A DNA stretch of 64,000 nt from a virus (lineage: Duplodnaviria > Heunggongvirae > Uroviricota > Caudoviricetes): the IMG/VR virus record IMGVR_UViG_3300029488_000242; one strand, written 5' to 3'. Below are positions 1 through 11,800 of the stretch, in pieces. A model generated the notes under the pieces. That model was not told where the DNA came from. It did not search any database and saw only the letters and a list, made by a program, of their open reading frames with translations. The position numbers and the translations under genes are program-made. The first letter of the stretch is position 1. Each line of letters begins with the position of its first letter.

Positions 1-2501
1 TTTTTACCTGCGTTAGCAGTATAATCATTGTATACTTTTATGTAATTATTGCTATTAGCTTCTGGTGGCATCAACCCTAAACTTGTTTTAAGATGAGCAA
101 GACTTGTTTTTCTATAATAATTATCAGAATCATTTGTAACAATAACCTGTGATATCGCAACATTTTCATTTTTAACTGTATCAGAGTTAATATAATTAAG
201 ATTTACATATCTGTTTTTATCTCTAAGAACATATGTGTTAGCCGTATTTGGGATTGAGCCTTGATACCCATTGAGGTAAGTAGAACTTCCCTGAAGATTA
301 GCATATATATCAGATTTTTTCTTAAATATTATTCCAGGAGGAGTTGTCATTGGTAAAATGGTTTCATTTGTTATAGTTGTAGATTTTGTTAGTATCGTCC
401 ACTCAGTGTTCCACTCAGAGTATATTTGATATATACCACCACCTCGCAACCACAAAACAGGTTTAGATGAGTTGATCAACTGTTTGTAACCAATTGGATT
501 CTTGGAATCAGAAATGAATTTTTGTTGATAGCTTAAAACAATTTCATTTGCATCGGTTGTTCCATAACCGCTTTGAATAGTCAGCAAATCAAGAATAGCT
601 GTGAAACCATTATTATAAGTGTGATTACTCCAACTTGGCATACAATTACCGTCTAACTGTGCGGCGCACTTTAGACGATACATACCACCCCTCGGAATTA
701 ATACAGTAGCCACAACTGGATACCAAATATTTTCATTATATTTAGAATCAGTTAAATTTATTTCTTTTGCTATGCTTAAAGTTGTGCCCCCAAGTGGAAT
801 AGAACAAGCAACAGGTTTGCCGTCACTGAAATAAATAGGTTGAGTAGCAGATCCAGCAGAAGAAGTTAGCTTAATTGCACTGTTTGCCGAGGTTGCAAAT
901 TTAACACTTTGTTCAGAGATGGTATCTGTAGTTATAATTGTACTTCCACTTTCAGAAGAAGCGGCGGGAAGATAGATTGGAGCAGAATTGTTGACCCTTC
1001 CATTAAAATTTGCATCGGTAGTATAATTAAACACAAGATCTTCTTTTGTGGCTAAATTACCAATAGTCCAAGCACCATTTGGAGTTTTTTGTCCAACAAC
1101 AGGGTTGTAACTATTTGAAGAAGATCTGCTACCAAAAACAGCTACATTTTCTCTATCTTTTATCCAAGTACCACCAGCCTCCCTAATAATTCTTCCAGTT
1201 ATTGTGCCACCAGTCAATAGAAGAGGGTCACTTACAATCTTATCTAATATAGTCTTGTTGTTGTGAGTATGCTTCTTAGAATTAGCATCATCATAGTTTG
1301 TTTTATCTTCTTTAGATAGTAAACCATCAACAGATTGTGTAGCTTTTGGAATGGCGTTGGCAGAAACTGCGACCCATTTTGAACCATTATAACGATACGT
1401 ATAATCTGTGTCTTTTACATTGACAGTCCAACCATCTTCAGGGTTAGGATATGTCTTAGTTATATCTGCAAAAGTAGCGACAGCTTCTTTCCAATCAATG
1501 TTATTCTCTAAAGCGGAAAATTTGTTGTCGATTTCGTTCTTAGTATATTTATCGTTCCAATTATTTTTATTCGAGTTTACAGTATTTTCAACTGATATAG
1601 CTTTGTTATAAGCTATCTTAACCGCATTTGCAGTAGGAGCGTGAACTGTAGAACTTGAAGATACGCTATCTTCAAGTTCGTTAGTAAGAACAAAATGATG
1701 ATTATCTAATTTATTTTGTAAATCATTTGCTTTGTCATTTGCATTTTTAGCTGCTGCATTTGCGTTATCTATAGCTGTTGTGGTATCTGTTTGTCTTTTA
1801 GTTTCTTGTGCTTGCCTTGTATTCTCGTTTGAAATTCTAGTGTTTTCATTTGTAATTCTAGCATCTTCGGCTTTTTGTCTTTTATCTTCTTCATTTACTC
1901 TTTTTTGTTCAGAGTTAATTCTCGACTCTTCATTGGATTTTCTTTCTGCTTCATCTTTCTTTCGTACATCTTCATTTGCAGTTAAGGTCTTATCTAATTC
2001 AACGACCTTCTTGTTGTTAAAATCTATCTGTGCAAGGGCATTGGTTAGAGCATTAAATTCATAAGAAGATTCTATTTGAGAGTGATTTAAAGCTGTAGGT
2101 GTAATATTTATATAGAAATCCATAATTGATATAATAGGTGCATTGACTTTATATATATCATCAATATTTGTTGGTTTTTCTTCGGATGTAAAAACTTTTC
2201 TTAAAAGAAAAACATCTGCAATAGCCCTGCCTGATGCGGAAAGCATTTGTTCTGTTAATTCTATTTTAAGCTTTCCATCGGAAGTAATTTCAACTTCATT
2301 AAAAACACCATTATCATCAGGTTTTTTAAAACGAATAAAAGCACTCATTATTGATTTGTCAACTGTAAATACAATTCCATTTTCAACACAACTTATTTCA
2401 ATATAACGTGTCTGATTATCATATTGTTTTGCGTTTACAGAAACTACATTTTTTGTATACAAATCAAGAGTTATTTTTGCTGTAGTTTGTTGTATACTCA
2501 T
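1..2501 (-). CDS. BppU-type upper baseplate / tail fibre (receptor-binding) protein, runs off the left edge
   Basis: ATG at 2501 with GAAGGGAG RBS; frame open to the window edge (absent from the ORF track). N-term MSIQQTTAKITLDLYTKNVVSVNAKQYDNQTRYIEI is BppU-like, followed by E-x-x-R coiled-coil repeats and a beta-rich fibre-like region. Confidence 0.75.
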   Translation of the reverse strand, partial: MSIQQTTAKITLDLYTKNVVSVNAKQYDNQTRYIEISCVENGIVFTVDKSIMSAFIRFKKPDDNGVFNEVEITSDGKLKIELTEQMLSASGRAIADVFLLRKVFTSEEKPTNIDDIYKVNAPIISIMDFYINITPTALNHSQIESSYEFNALTNALAQIDFNNKKVVELDKTLTANEDVRKKDEAERKSNEESRINSEQKRVNEEDKRQKAEDARITNENTRISNENTRQAQETKRQTDTTTAIDNANAAAKNANDKANDLQNKLDNHHFVLTNELEDSVSSSSTVHAPTANAVKIAYNKAISVENTVNSNKNNWNDKYTKNEIDNKFSALENNIDWKEAVATFADITKTYPNPEDGWTVNVKDTDYTYRYNGSKWVAVSANAIPKATQSVDGLLSKEDKTNYDDANSKKHTHNNKTILDKIVSDPLLLTGGTITGRIIREAGGTWIKDRENVAVFGSRSSSNSYNPVVGQKTPNGAWTIGNLATKEDLVFNYTTDANFNGRVNNSAPIYLPAASSESGSTIITTDTISEQSVKFATSANSAIKLTSSAGSATQPIYFSDGKPVACSIPLGGTTLSIAKEINLTDSKYNENIWYPVVATVLIPRGGMYRLKCAAQLDGNCMPSWSNHTYNNGFTAILDLLTIQSGYGTTDANEIVLSYQQKFISDSKNPIGYKQLINSSKPVLWLRGGGIYQIYSEWNTEWTILTKSTTITNETILPMTTPPGIIFKKKSDIYANLQGSSTYLNGYQGSIPNTANTYVLRDKNRYVNLNYINSDTVKNENVAISQVIVTNDSDNYYRKTSLAHLKTSLGLMPPEANSNNYIKVYNDYTANAGK

Positions 2502-2538
2502 TTACAATAATTCTCCCTTCTTAAAAATTAATGGTATT

Positions 2539-5500
2539 CTAACACCAAGTTTTATTGTCATTATCCCATGTATTAATAACAGTATCGTCTACCCAAAATC
2601 GAAGAAATTGTCCATCCCAAGACATGGATATATCTGAATTACTAGCTTCTAATCTATTTAATACAACTGCCATTTTCCTTTGTTCCGTCCCATGCATACA
2701 ATAAATTCCTGTTGCTTTAATGTCACCAAATACAGATAAGGCAGCATCACTAAAACTTCTAGTACCTCCGGTATCAATGCTTATTTCGCCTTTTCCAATC
2801 CATGTCATTTTTGTTCGATTGGGCATATGCCACATCTTAATTCCGTCACGAAGAACTTGTACTTCAGTACCTGATTCGCCTGTGATTGTCATTCCATCAC
2901 CAGAACCATCTTTGGAATTAGATAACAAAGTTAACGTGTTAAAATTACGATTATTACGAGCGAAGACTCCATGACCTTGAATACTAAAATATGAACCATC
3001 TGTTTCGTTAGAAATCTTCATTTCACCACCAATGAGACTAGCAACCATTTTATATGTTGAACCGCCTGACCAGCCGTAACCTGAAGCAGTTAATTTCGTT
3101 GCATTGATTTCACCAGTTATTTTAGCATTAGAGGCATACATTTCACCATTCTGTTTAATATAAAAATTTCCATAATATACACCATCACGTTTCTCTTGGC
3201 ATGAAAATGTCCATGTGTCAGGAGATGTCGCTTTTTGAAGATAAACTCGATAATTACCTTGGTCATGATATATTGCTTCATCATTAATATTCCAGCCACC
3301 AATTGTAGCCTTAAATGCATTTAGGTCATCAATATTTATTGCGTTTGCTGTTATTGAATTGGTCGCAATTTTTCCTCCGTTTATAGTCGTAGAATTTGAT
3401 ATATATATATTAGAAGCTATGTCGTCCGCTGTTTTTTGGGCATTTGTTATTTTAGACTGAGCAGAGCTGTCGAAACATTCAAAAGTTACTTTTCCTTTTA
3501 AATTAATATTTTCTGCCATTAATTCATACAATTTGTCTGTTAAAGTCATACTTGCTTGAGAATTACCCGAAGCAACTAACCAATTGATTTTTCCTGCGGT
3601 TTGACTGACAGAAGTGATTTTTTTAGAATTATCTGCAATAGAATTATTTATTGAGTTGATCTTATCTGACAAACCATTCACATCAGATATATCAGGAGAA
3701 GTTGTTGTAGACCACTCAATATCAACATTTTTTATTTGTAATTTTTTCTTTACTGCATTATAAGAAAAGGTATCTCCACCAATATTACAATCACCAGTTG
3801 CCAAGTTAAAATGTGTCCCAGCAGTACATACACCCTTCGAGTCGGTTGTATAATTAGCAGAATATATATCACCTGCAATAATAACACCTGATATAACAAA
3901 GTCTGTATTTAATCCATATTTCTCATACTCAACACCATCAAGAGTGTATTTTTGCTTGCCTAATGCCGTGACAGCAGTCCTCCATCTATCAGTTGTATAA
4001 ACAAGTTCATTGACATTAATTCTAGCCTGTTCATCCTTATAATCATCAAGCACGTCATCATAACTTCTAATAAGAATGCCATGCTCATCAAATATTGCAG
4101 TTGAATTAGTATTATGAACATTATACAAAGCAGAGTCTAATCCTTCTTTTTGCAACCTTTCAAATGTGAGATTAGCTTTCTCACCCTGACTTGCCTGTTT
4201 AACAGTAGAAGAGTAGCTTGATGCCATAGATTGTGATTTTGTAAGAATGTCTTTAACAATATTAATATCTGGACTTCCGTATCTATAAGCATCGGAAAAG
4301 GTAACAGATAATTTGCTTAAATCTCCATATGAGATAGAAATATCAGCCAATCTCATTACATAAATTTTTCCATCAATTTTAGTTCTGATAAAATTACCAA
4401 GAGTAAAATCATCAAGAATGGGTTCAAAAATTCTATTTCCGTCTTTATCTGTTAATAGAAGGAGGTTTTGTAGTGTTCCTGAAATAGTGAATTGTTTCTC
4501 GCCAGATTTAACCAATTCCTTCTTGGCAACCACCAATAATTCATTTGCCTTGTCAATTAATTCAGTATTAGTTAGTCCATCAGAAATATAATTGTCATTG
4601 CTATAATCATCTTCACGTCTATAATAAGTGAATAACTTCCAATATTTTTCACCTATATACGATTCAAAATCAAGATCATTATGGGTTTTTGAAATCAAAT
4701 CCTCAATGTATTTCTCAAGACCTGTAAGTGTATCTATTTGAGAGTTTCTATAAGATAATTCTGATTCTAAAGCAATAAACCGTTCATAATATGGAAGATA
4801 AATAGAATCGTGTAAATTAGAAGATTCAGATGCAACACCTTGTTCAGTTAAGACATTAATAGCAGTCTGATAAGCTGACTGATAAGAAGTTAATCTCTGT
4901 GCAGAATATTTATGCAATTCTATTTTAAATGTATCTAAAGATTCAATTTTATATATTTCTTGTAACCCTTGATCATTTACTTTCCCCATTGCTTTATCAA
5001 CCTGCTGATTAACATAGGCAATATAATCATCGTTAATTGCAATACTTATTGCCGTTTTCATTTCAGCCGTATCTTCCTTATCTGAATAACTTGTTAATTT
5101 AAATCGACCTGTCCAAGTTTGTGATTTAAGAGTTGAACCGTCAAGAATTTCAACCTTATAAATGGATGTATCAATGATTGCTTTCGCCATTGCAAGAACT
5201 GCGTTATTAGCAGTATAAACAGATATTTTACTTACATCCGTTACTGCTACAGGAGACAAATTAGAAGGAGTAAGCAAAGCCAATTGAGATGCTGCCGTTT
5301 TATCTTGCTGTTTCCAAGTTGGCATCATAGAACTATTAAGATACGAGTATAAATCAATAATATTATAATATACAGATGTTATATTACTCCAACCTATATA
5401 CTGCTGTTGAATAGAAGAATATGTGGTATCAGGATAATATTTCTTGATATATTCAATAATATCATTATATTGATTTACAAGAGAAGCTTCTAAGGAAAAA

Positions 5501-6510
5501 GATTTGCTATTAGAATATTCATTAACAAGTTCATCATATGATTTTATTTTAGATTGCAACTCATTTGGCATATCTAATAGGGTATCATTATTAAAATAAT
5601 AAATATAATTGCTGCCATTAGGGTTAATATTCTTTAAAGTTGCGTTGATTAAATCGTCTCCACCGATGACTCTAAAACAATTCTTAATACTGTCTGTTTC
5701 AGAAGTCAACTGAATGTCTGAGCCAAGATTATTTTTATCAATAAATATTGATGTATCTTTTCCATATGGTTCATGTATAATTGTTCCTCCACACTCAGGA
5801 CAAACAGTAAATGAATCTTCACTTCTATAATCGCAGCTCAAACAACAGGTTTCCATATCATATACATAGATACTTCTTGTATTTGAATCAAATAAAAATA
5901 TACAGCCAATTTCCTGCGATAGAGTGGTTGTTAAAAAATCATAAACACTTGTCCCATCTATACTGAATGAACGCTGAATATTTAAAAGAGTTTCATCAAC
6001 GTGGGCAATAGTATAACCAGGGACTTTTTCAAGAATTCTATTTAGCAATGAACAATTTTTCTTACTAGGATTATAGAATATAGTTGGTTCTGTATATTCT
6101 TCACGAGTAATATCATCTTCTGTATTGATTTCAACATCGTGTAAAATCACCTGTCCAAGTTCGGCTTCACATAATGATTTGGCAGTTATAACTTTCTTTG
6201 TATTTATTTCTGACTCATCAATACTTGCTGTAATTTCAAACCATTCGTTATATTCCTTAACGTATACAGTTTTAAAATCAATAATTTTATCCCATAGTCT
6301 TTCAATTTCTCCATTTTGTTCATTATACACATTAAAAGATAATTCATCCACGGCGTTAAATTGTGGATGATATGTTATAGAATCGGCAGGAATATTAACT
6401 ATTTCACCGAATTTTTCAAGATTTCTGTTACCTAGAATAATATGTAATGGTCTAATTGTTTGTCCAGTTTTTTGTATTCTAAGTAAATTTCTTACATTAA
6501 TTTTCTGCAT
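2539..6510 (-). CDS. large tail tip / Tal-like baseplate hub-spike protein
   Basis: 1323 aa, directly downstream of the Dit-like gene; prophage-tail-like N-term, coiled coil, beta-rich C-term (IGGWNI motif). Confidence 0.7.
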   Translation of the reverse strand: MQKINVRNLLRIQKTGQTIRPLHIILGNRNLEKFGEIVNIPADSITYHPQFNAVDELSFNVYNEQNGEIERLWDKIIDFKTVYVKEYNEWFEITASIDESEINTKKVITAKSLCEAELGQVILHDVEINTEDDITREEYTEPTIFYNPSKKNCSLLNRILEKVPGYTIAHVDETLLNIQRSFSIDGTSVYDFLTTTLSQEIGCIFLFDSNTRSIYVYDMETCCLSCDYRSEDSFTVCPECGGTIIHEPYGKDTSIFIDKNNLGSDIQLTSETDSIKNCFRVIGGDDLINATLKNINPNGSNYIYYFNNDTLLDMPNELQSKIKSYDELVNEYSNSKSFSLEASLVNQYNDIIEYIKKYYPDTTYSSIQQQYIGWSNITSVYYNIIDLYSYLNSSMMPTWKQQDKTAASQLALLTPSNLSPVAVTDVSKISVYTANNAVLAMAKAIIDTSIYKVEILDGSTLKSQTWTGRFKLTSYSDKEDTAEMKTAISIAINDDYIAYVNQQVDKAMGKVNDQGLQEIYKIESLDTFKIELHKYSAQRLTSYQSAYQTAINVLTEQGVASESSNLHDSIYLPYYERFIALESELSYRNSQIDTLTGLEKYIEDLISKTHNDLDFESYIGEKYWKLFTYYRREDDYSNDNYISDGLTNTELIDKANELLVVAKKELVKSGEKQFTISGTLQNLLLLTDKDGNRIFEPILDDFTLGNFIRTKIDGKIYVMRLADISISYGDLSKLSVTFSDAYRYGSPDINIVKDILTKSQSMASSYSSTVKQASQGEKANLTFERLQKEGLDSALYNVHNTNSTAIFDEHGILIRSYDDVLDDYKDEQARINVNELVYTTDRWRTAVTALGKQKYTLDGVEYEKYGLNTDFVISGVIIAGDIYSANYTTDSKGVCTAGTHFNLATGDCNIGGDTFSYNAVKKKLQIKNVDIEWSTTTSPDISDVNGLSDKINSINNSIADNSKKITSVSQTAGKINWLVASGNSQASMTLTDKLYELMAENINLKGKVTFECFDSSAQSKITNAQKTADDIASNIYISNSTTINGGKIATNSITANAINIDDLNAFKATIGGWNINDEAIYHDQGNYRVYLQKATSPDTWTFSCQEKRDGVYYGNFYIKQNGEMYASNAKITGEINATKLTASGYGWSGGSTYKMVASLIGGEMKISNETDGSYFSIQGHGVFARNNRNFNTLTLLSNSKDGSGDGMTITGESGTEVQVLRDGIKMWHMPNRTKMTWIGKGEISIDTGGTRSFSDAALSVFGDIKATGIYCMHGTEQRKMAVVLNRLEASNSDISMSWDGQFLRFWVDDTVINTWDNDNKTWC

Positions 6511-6514
6511 TAAA

Positions 6515-7306
6515 TTAAATTCCTACCTTTCTAATAGGAGAATAACTCATAGTTACATTTATATTAAGTGTAGAAGAGTAGTAGTTATCCCTATTCTTAT
6601 ATGTGTTTATTAATTTAAGAAAATTATAATTAAAGTCATTTGCTATGTTGTGAGCAAGTTTATCAGATGTAATTATTCGATGTTGATTATCAATAGTGAT
6701 TACTTCACCCTTTATACAATTATTGATAATACATAATTCGTTATCTGCTGAGTTAGTAATAGTAAGATTACCTGCTTCATTACAAGTTATAATCGTATAA
6801 GGATATATTTCTCCAACCTCATCTGAATCATCATATATATAAAAAGATTTTACATTAGAAAAAGTATGAGTTCTTTCTTTAGCAAAACCATATGGTGCAT
6901 TAGAAGTGAACGTACATTCAATTCCATATATATCATCATTAATTTTCACAGCTTGAACATTGAATGTGCCGTAAAATCTTATATTTTCATAACCTTCTTT
7001 GTTTATTTTAAACTGATCAAAAGTTTTTCTGTTTAACCATCTATTTATCGCTCCATATTCTTCTGGCATAAGAGGAATAGGATTACAATGATTGTCTAGT
7101 CGGCATAATTGAATAGTGAAAGAGTAGTCTTCATCATATGTACTTCCATATAATTCAGAAATATCTTGTCCGACTGATTTAACAGTGTTAAATGTTAGAG
7201 TAGAACCAGAAGATACAGTCTCAACACCACCAGACGAATCAAAAGTAGCAACCATTAATCCAAAATCACTAGCAAAATTATCCCCAAATTGAAAGTCAGT
7301 AAACAT
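6515..7306 (-). CDS. distal tail protein (Dit-like)
   Basis: 263 aa between TMP and Tal; FTSNAPYGF and IYPYTIIT motifs typical of siphovirus Dit. Confidence 0.7.
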   Translation of the reverse strand: MFTDFQFGDNFASDFGLMVATFDSSGGVETVSSGSTLTFNTVKSVGQDISELYGSTYDEDYSFTIQLCRLDNHCNPIPLMPEEYGAINRWLNRKTFDQFKINKEGYENIRFYGTFNVQAVKINDDIYGIECTFTSNAPYGFAKERTHTFSNVKSFYIYDDSDEVGEIYPYTIITCNEAGNLTITNSADNELCIINNCIKGEVITIDNQHRIITSDKLAHNIANDFNYNFLKLINTYKNRDNYYSSTLNINVTMSYSPIRKVGI

Positions 7307-7328
7307 ATTTTCACCATCCTTTTTAATT

Positions 7329-7694
7329 TTATTTTTTTAATAAGTTATCAAGCATTTTTTGATATTGTTTTTCAAATGCTTCCATTTTTTTAATATATTC
7401 TTTTTTAGCTTTATCTGCTTCGGCTTTTTGCTCATCTAAAACCTTAATTCGGTCATTATATTTCATACATAACATTTCGTATACATTTTTAGCTGTTTTT
7501 GCTTTTTTAATTAAAATAGAGAGATTATCATAAGACTCAGAGGCATTTTCTTTAACGATTGAAAGACCGATTTCATTGTCAATAATTTGCTGTTTCAAGT
7601 CTTCATTTTCCTTTTCCAGTAGAGCGCAATGTTTCTCATAATATTCCAGCTTCTTTTCCATATTACTTTTACTCTTAACTAACTTATTTGACAT
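7329..7694 (-). CDS. hypothetical coiled-coil protein
   Basis: 121 aa K/E-rich heptad pattern, GGAG RBS. Confidence 0.6.
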   Translation of the reverse strand: MSNKLVKSKSNMEKKLEYYEKHCALLEKENEDLKQQIIDNEIGLSIVKENASESYDNLSILIKKAKTAKNVYEMLCMKYNDRIKVLDEQKAEADKAKKEYIKKMEAFEKQYQKMLDNLLKK

Positions 7695-7853
7695 CCTATT
7701 TTCTCCAATCTATCCTTAATTTTAATATTCTTAATAATTCTTAATAATTTCTAACATAATAAAAGACACACTAGCCTAAACTAATGTGTCTTTATGTGCT
7801 TTGTATTTAGTTGTAATTGAAAAGAGCAGGGGAGGTTATTTATGCTTTATTTT

Positions 7854-8042
7854 CTAAATATATAATTTATTTACAATGTTTTCAGAATATATTTTTATAT
7901 TAAAATTAATTTTTCTAATAATTATTAATATATCTTTAAAAACAGGATATTTTTTAATGAATAAATCATATCGCATACGTTCTAAATTATATGTATTTGT
8001 TTTACACCCCATCCAATAATCATTTGAAAATAATATCATCAT
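7854..8042 (-). CDS. small hypothetical protein
   Basis: 62 aa, overlaps end of the upstream ORF; very AT-rich. Confidence 0.3.
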   Translation of the reverse strand: MMILFSNDYWMGCKTNTYNLERMRYDLFIKKYPVFKDILIIIRKINFNIKIYSENIVNKLYI

Positions 8043-8691
8043 TTTTATTTAATTTCCTAATGGTTTCAAAATTTAATTTATTATCTATTGTATAATCAAA
8101 TTTCGAACCATCATCCACCACTTCTTGCATTATATTTTTAAATTGTCTAATTGAAAAATTTTCAGATAAATATTTTTCATGTAATTCATTTGTTAAAATC
8201 TCGAATTTATTAATATGTTTTGATAATCCTATCATTGCACATTTATATGGAAAATCATCTGCTTTATGTATTATATTTATTCCATTGGGAACTCCAAATT
8301 TAGAACCAATAGAAAAACTTGTTATTTCAAATCGTTTACCATTATATCCACATATTATAACACCCAATTCATATTTGCTAATTCCTTCTATATGTTCTTT
8401 AAGCATTTTATAAAATTTGGATGTAATAATACCTATAAATTCTATATAGGATAGATCATCAAACTCTTTATCTGAATTTACAAATCCCTTTTTTGTATCA
8501 TAAAAACAATAGCCATCAAATAATTTAAAACAATGTATTGGATTTCCCGTAACCCCGAATAATATTTGATTATTTAATTTAATCACCTTATTAAAACCAC
8601 TTTTACACGTATTATTGTTACTATATGTTGCACGACTATCGCCTGACATTAAACAAAAATTATCTGTTATTACAGCTTGTATTATACTCAT
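8020..8691 (-). CDS. Ntn-hydrolase / proteasome-beta-like protein (moron)
   Basis: Likely start ATG 8691 (GGGGGA RBS): (M)SIIQAVITDNFCLMSGDSRAT...FNKVIKL...GVTG gives S1, D17, K34, G48, matching the T1/D17/K33/G47 spacing of proteasome beta subunits. Confidence 0.6.
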   Translation of the reverse strand: MSIIQAVITDNFCLMSGDSRATYSNNNTCKSGFNKVIKLNNQILFGVTGNPIHCFKLFDGYCFYDTKKGFVNSDKEFDDLSYIEFIGIITSKFYKMLKEHIEGISKYELGVIICGYNGKRFEITSFSIGSKFGVPNGINIIHKADDFPYKCAMIGLSKHINKFEILTNELHEKYLSENFSIRQFKNIMQEVVDDGSKFDYTIDNKLNFETIRKLNKNDDIIFK

Positions 8692-8832
8692 AATATATCC
8701 CCCAATTATCAATATACAATACAATATTATATACCAATAATCGACAGAATACTACAAGAACATATATTTATAAATCTGATTTATTAATCAATATAAGGGC
8801 ATACCAACATAAAGCTAGTACGCCCTTAAACC

Positions 8833-11800
8833 TTATCTAAATGTTAATTTGTTTAGTGAATTCCTACCTAAAGTCTGTCCAAGAGTCATATTCTGAACCA
8901 TCTTTTCAAACTTAGGATCTTGTTGTGCTTGTTTCATAAAGTCTTCATAATTGTGAACATTTGGGAACGATAATGACACATCACCATAAGAAATATCAAC
9001 CTTATTCGACATACTCTTTGAATTAACAGGAATGTCAGGAAGTTTACTTGCGATATTATTCAATCCCATATTAGGAGTAAGATCGGTAATACCTTTAGAC
9101 ATATCCCATAACTTCTGAACCTGTTCCTTACTAAATACAGTATCACCTGAATCAAACTGACGAAGAGTACCATACTTTGTAACAATAACTTCTGAACCTG
9201 GATTGTCTTCATCGTAAATATGAACTCCACTTGTTGCTGATTTAGTTCCTTTGCGGTAGCCGTGAGATTTCATCCAATCGAGCATAAAAACATTTTGGTC
9301 ATAAGTTCCATAATACTGACCTTCGCCGCCCATCTGGTCATAATACTGACTACGAGCTGCAAAAGATGAATCATAATCATGCCATTTAATTCTATCAACT
9401 ATCGAATTCTCAATATTTAATAAGTCTTTCGGATAGCTGTCAGGACTATATATCCAATTAACTCCATCAGACCCACTATCGTCGGATGAGCCACTATCAG
9501 AGTTATCCCAATTATCAGACCAATCATTAGAATCACTATCACTACCAGAGCTTCCGCTATCAGAATAACCACCATCGGTATTAGCATTCTGTTCTGCCTG
9601 CTGTCTTGCAATCTCATCAGCAACTCTTTGAGCTTCGTCATTACTATTCTTTAATAAGCCTTGTACAGCAGCATTAATGTCTCCACAAACCTTATTAATA
9701 GCGTTACTGCCTTCAACAAACTTATTACTAAAGTCGCCTAATACACTATTAATACCATTTGTTATATTACTAGCGTTTGTACTCCATATATTTGACATAG
9801 ATTCACTAAGCTTATAACCATAGTTCTCAGCAGTATCAGTGATAGTCTGTGAGATATTAGAAGCATTTTCATTAGACTGGTCAATAATTTCCTGCATAGT
9901 AACATCGAACTCATCTATACGCTGATCGAGCCAATTTTTCGCATTATCTTGTAATTCATCAAGAATAGCTTGAGTATCGCTTATAAGCTTTTCATACTCA
10001 GTATCTTTCAAATCATCTTTGGCAGTATTAATCTGATCTTTAAGCTGCTGGATATTCTTCTTACCTTCCTCAGAATTATCTCCTTGAACGGCAGAGTATT
10101 GTTTTTCTAAAGCGTTAAGAGCTTTTGTTTTCTCAGCTATAGATTTCTCATAATCATAAGCATCCTTTTGCTGATTCATAAGATCTTTGTACTTTTGTAT
10201 AACTTCATCAAGCTTATCAAGAAATGTATCATAGCCCTCTTGAACCAAGTCCTTAAGGGCATCCTTTTCAGATATGCTTGAATTAATAGCCTCCTGTTGA
10301 GCCTTAATAAGTTCCTGTTTTCTATCCAGTAATTCCTTATCATAAGGATCATTAGCTAACTCTTCATTAATCTTAAGTATCTCATCCTTATAAGCTTTAG
10401 CCTGATTAAGATACAACTGATACTTCTGTGCGATTAATGCTTGTGCAGCCTTACCATTGTCATTCATATTGCCATTATCATCTGTAATATCTTCATTCTT
10501 TAGCAAGTCAACAAGGAACTGAGTTTCGTCTATAAGATTGCTGACATCATCACGAGTTCTATTGAAAGCATCCCAATTAATCTGTCTAATAGCATTGTCA
10601 TACTCAACTAATGCCTTTTTAGCATCAAATATAGAAGAAGTAACATCATCTATAGATGCTTGCATAGAATACCAATCCTCAGATTCAGCTTCAATTTTAC
10701 CAGATGCCATAGCAGAATTAAGTGCCTTTGTAAGTGCGTCTCTTTCCTGTTCAAGCTTTGTGAGGTTTTTCTGCTCCTGTTCAATCATAGAATTATTAAG
10801 CAGAGTAGAAGCAAACCAGCCCTGTTCTTCTAAGAGGTCATTATCCTTACTATATAAATCCTTAATAGAATTTACTTTCCCAAGAACTTCTTCAAACTGT
10901 GATTGAATATTATCAAATCTACTTTTAGCAAGCTGTCTTATCTCAAGGTTTAATGATTGTACAGAATCAGCAGCATCTTGTGCCTTATCATATAAATCCT
11001 GGCAATCTGAAATTGCATCCTTGAGATCTTCATCATAGACAGTTTCTATATTAAATGAACCATTTGCAATCTGATCTTTGTAATAATCGCTTAAGTCATA
11101 TGAATTAAATCTATCCATATAGAAGTCATAAGCATCTGACTGTGCGTTAATCTCTGATAACAATGTTTCCATAGAATCAGAGAGGGCATTATTACGATTA
11201 AGCCATGTACGTGTTGTATCAGATACTTTATTCTTTAAACGGTCATATGCTTTGGAGATTTTAGATAAGAGAGGTTCTACCCAGTTGAAGTCCTGTGGCG
11301 ATGGTTCAGAGGATGAATCACTTCCGCTAGATGAAGATGATGAATCGCTGGAATCATAACCAGACATTCCTTTCCAATCGACATTAATACTTGAACTAAC
11401 CTGTTTAAAGCTATAATTATCTAAAGCATCTACCGCAGCATTAGCACCATCAACAATACTTTGGAAATGGTTGTACATATTGTTGTATTCTTCATCCATA
11501 GCTTCTACTTCATCTGGATCTGCCGAATACATACCTGCATCATACCAACCAGTTGTTTGTACCATCAATTTACCATTTGCATCCTGAACAACTTTGAAAT
11601 AGTCAGACCAGACACCTGCTAATTCCTTAATAGCTTTATTGGTAATTTCCAGCTTAGCCTGTTCCATATTTGACCAGTTATCAACGTCATTGCCATACAA
11701 ACTAGAAAGTTCATTATATAATTCTGGGTAATTAGTCATAACTGCATTAAAGAATTCTTCATCAGTCTGTGACTTATCTACTACAGATTGTATATACTGA

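Noticed and set aside
1408..2974. Plus-strand ORFs 1408, 1732, 2143, 2720 and similar shadows (6125, 10538, 12008, 17777, 30343, 34559, 36936, 51165)
   Set aside because: Antisense shadows of long minus-strand genes, no RBS, biased composition
1..6510. Diversity-generating retroelement or invertible tail-fibre cassette
   Set aside because: No reverse transcriptase, TR/VR pair or repeated fibre ends visible; the fibre C-terminus is outside the window
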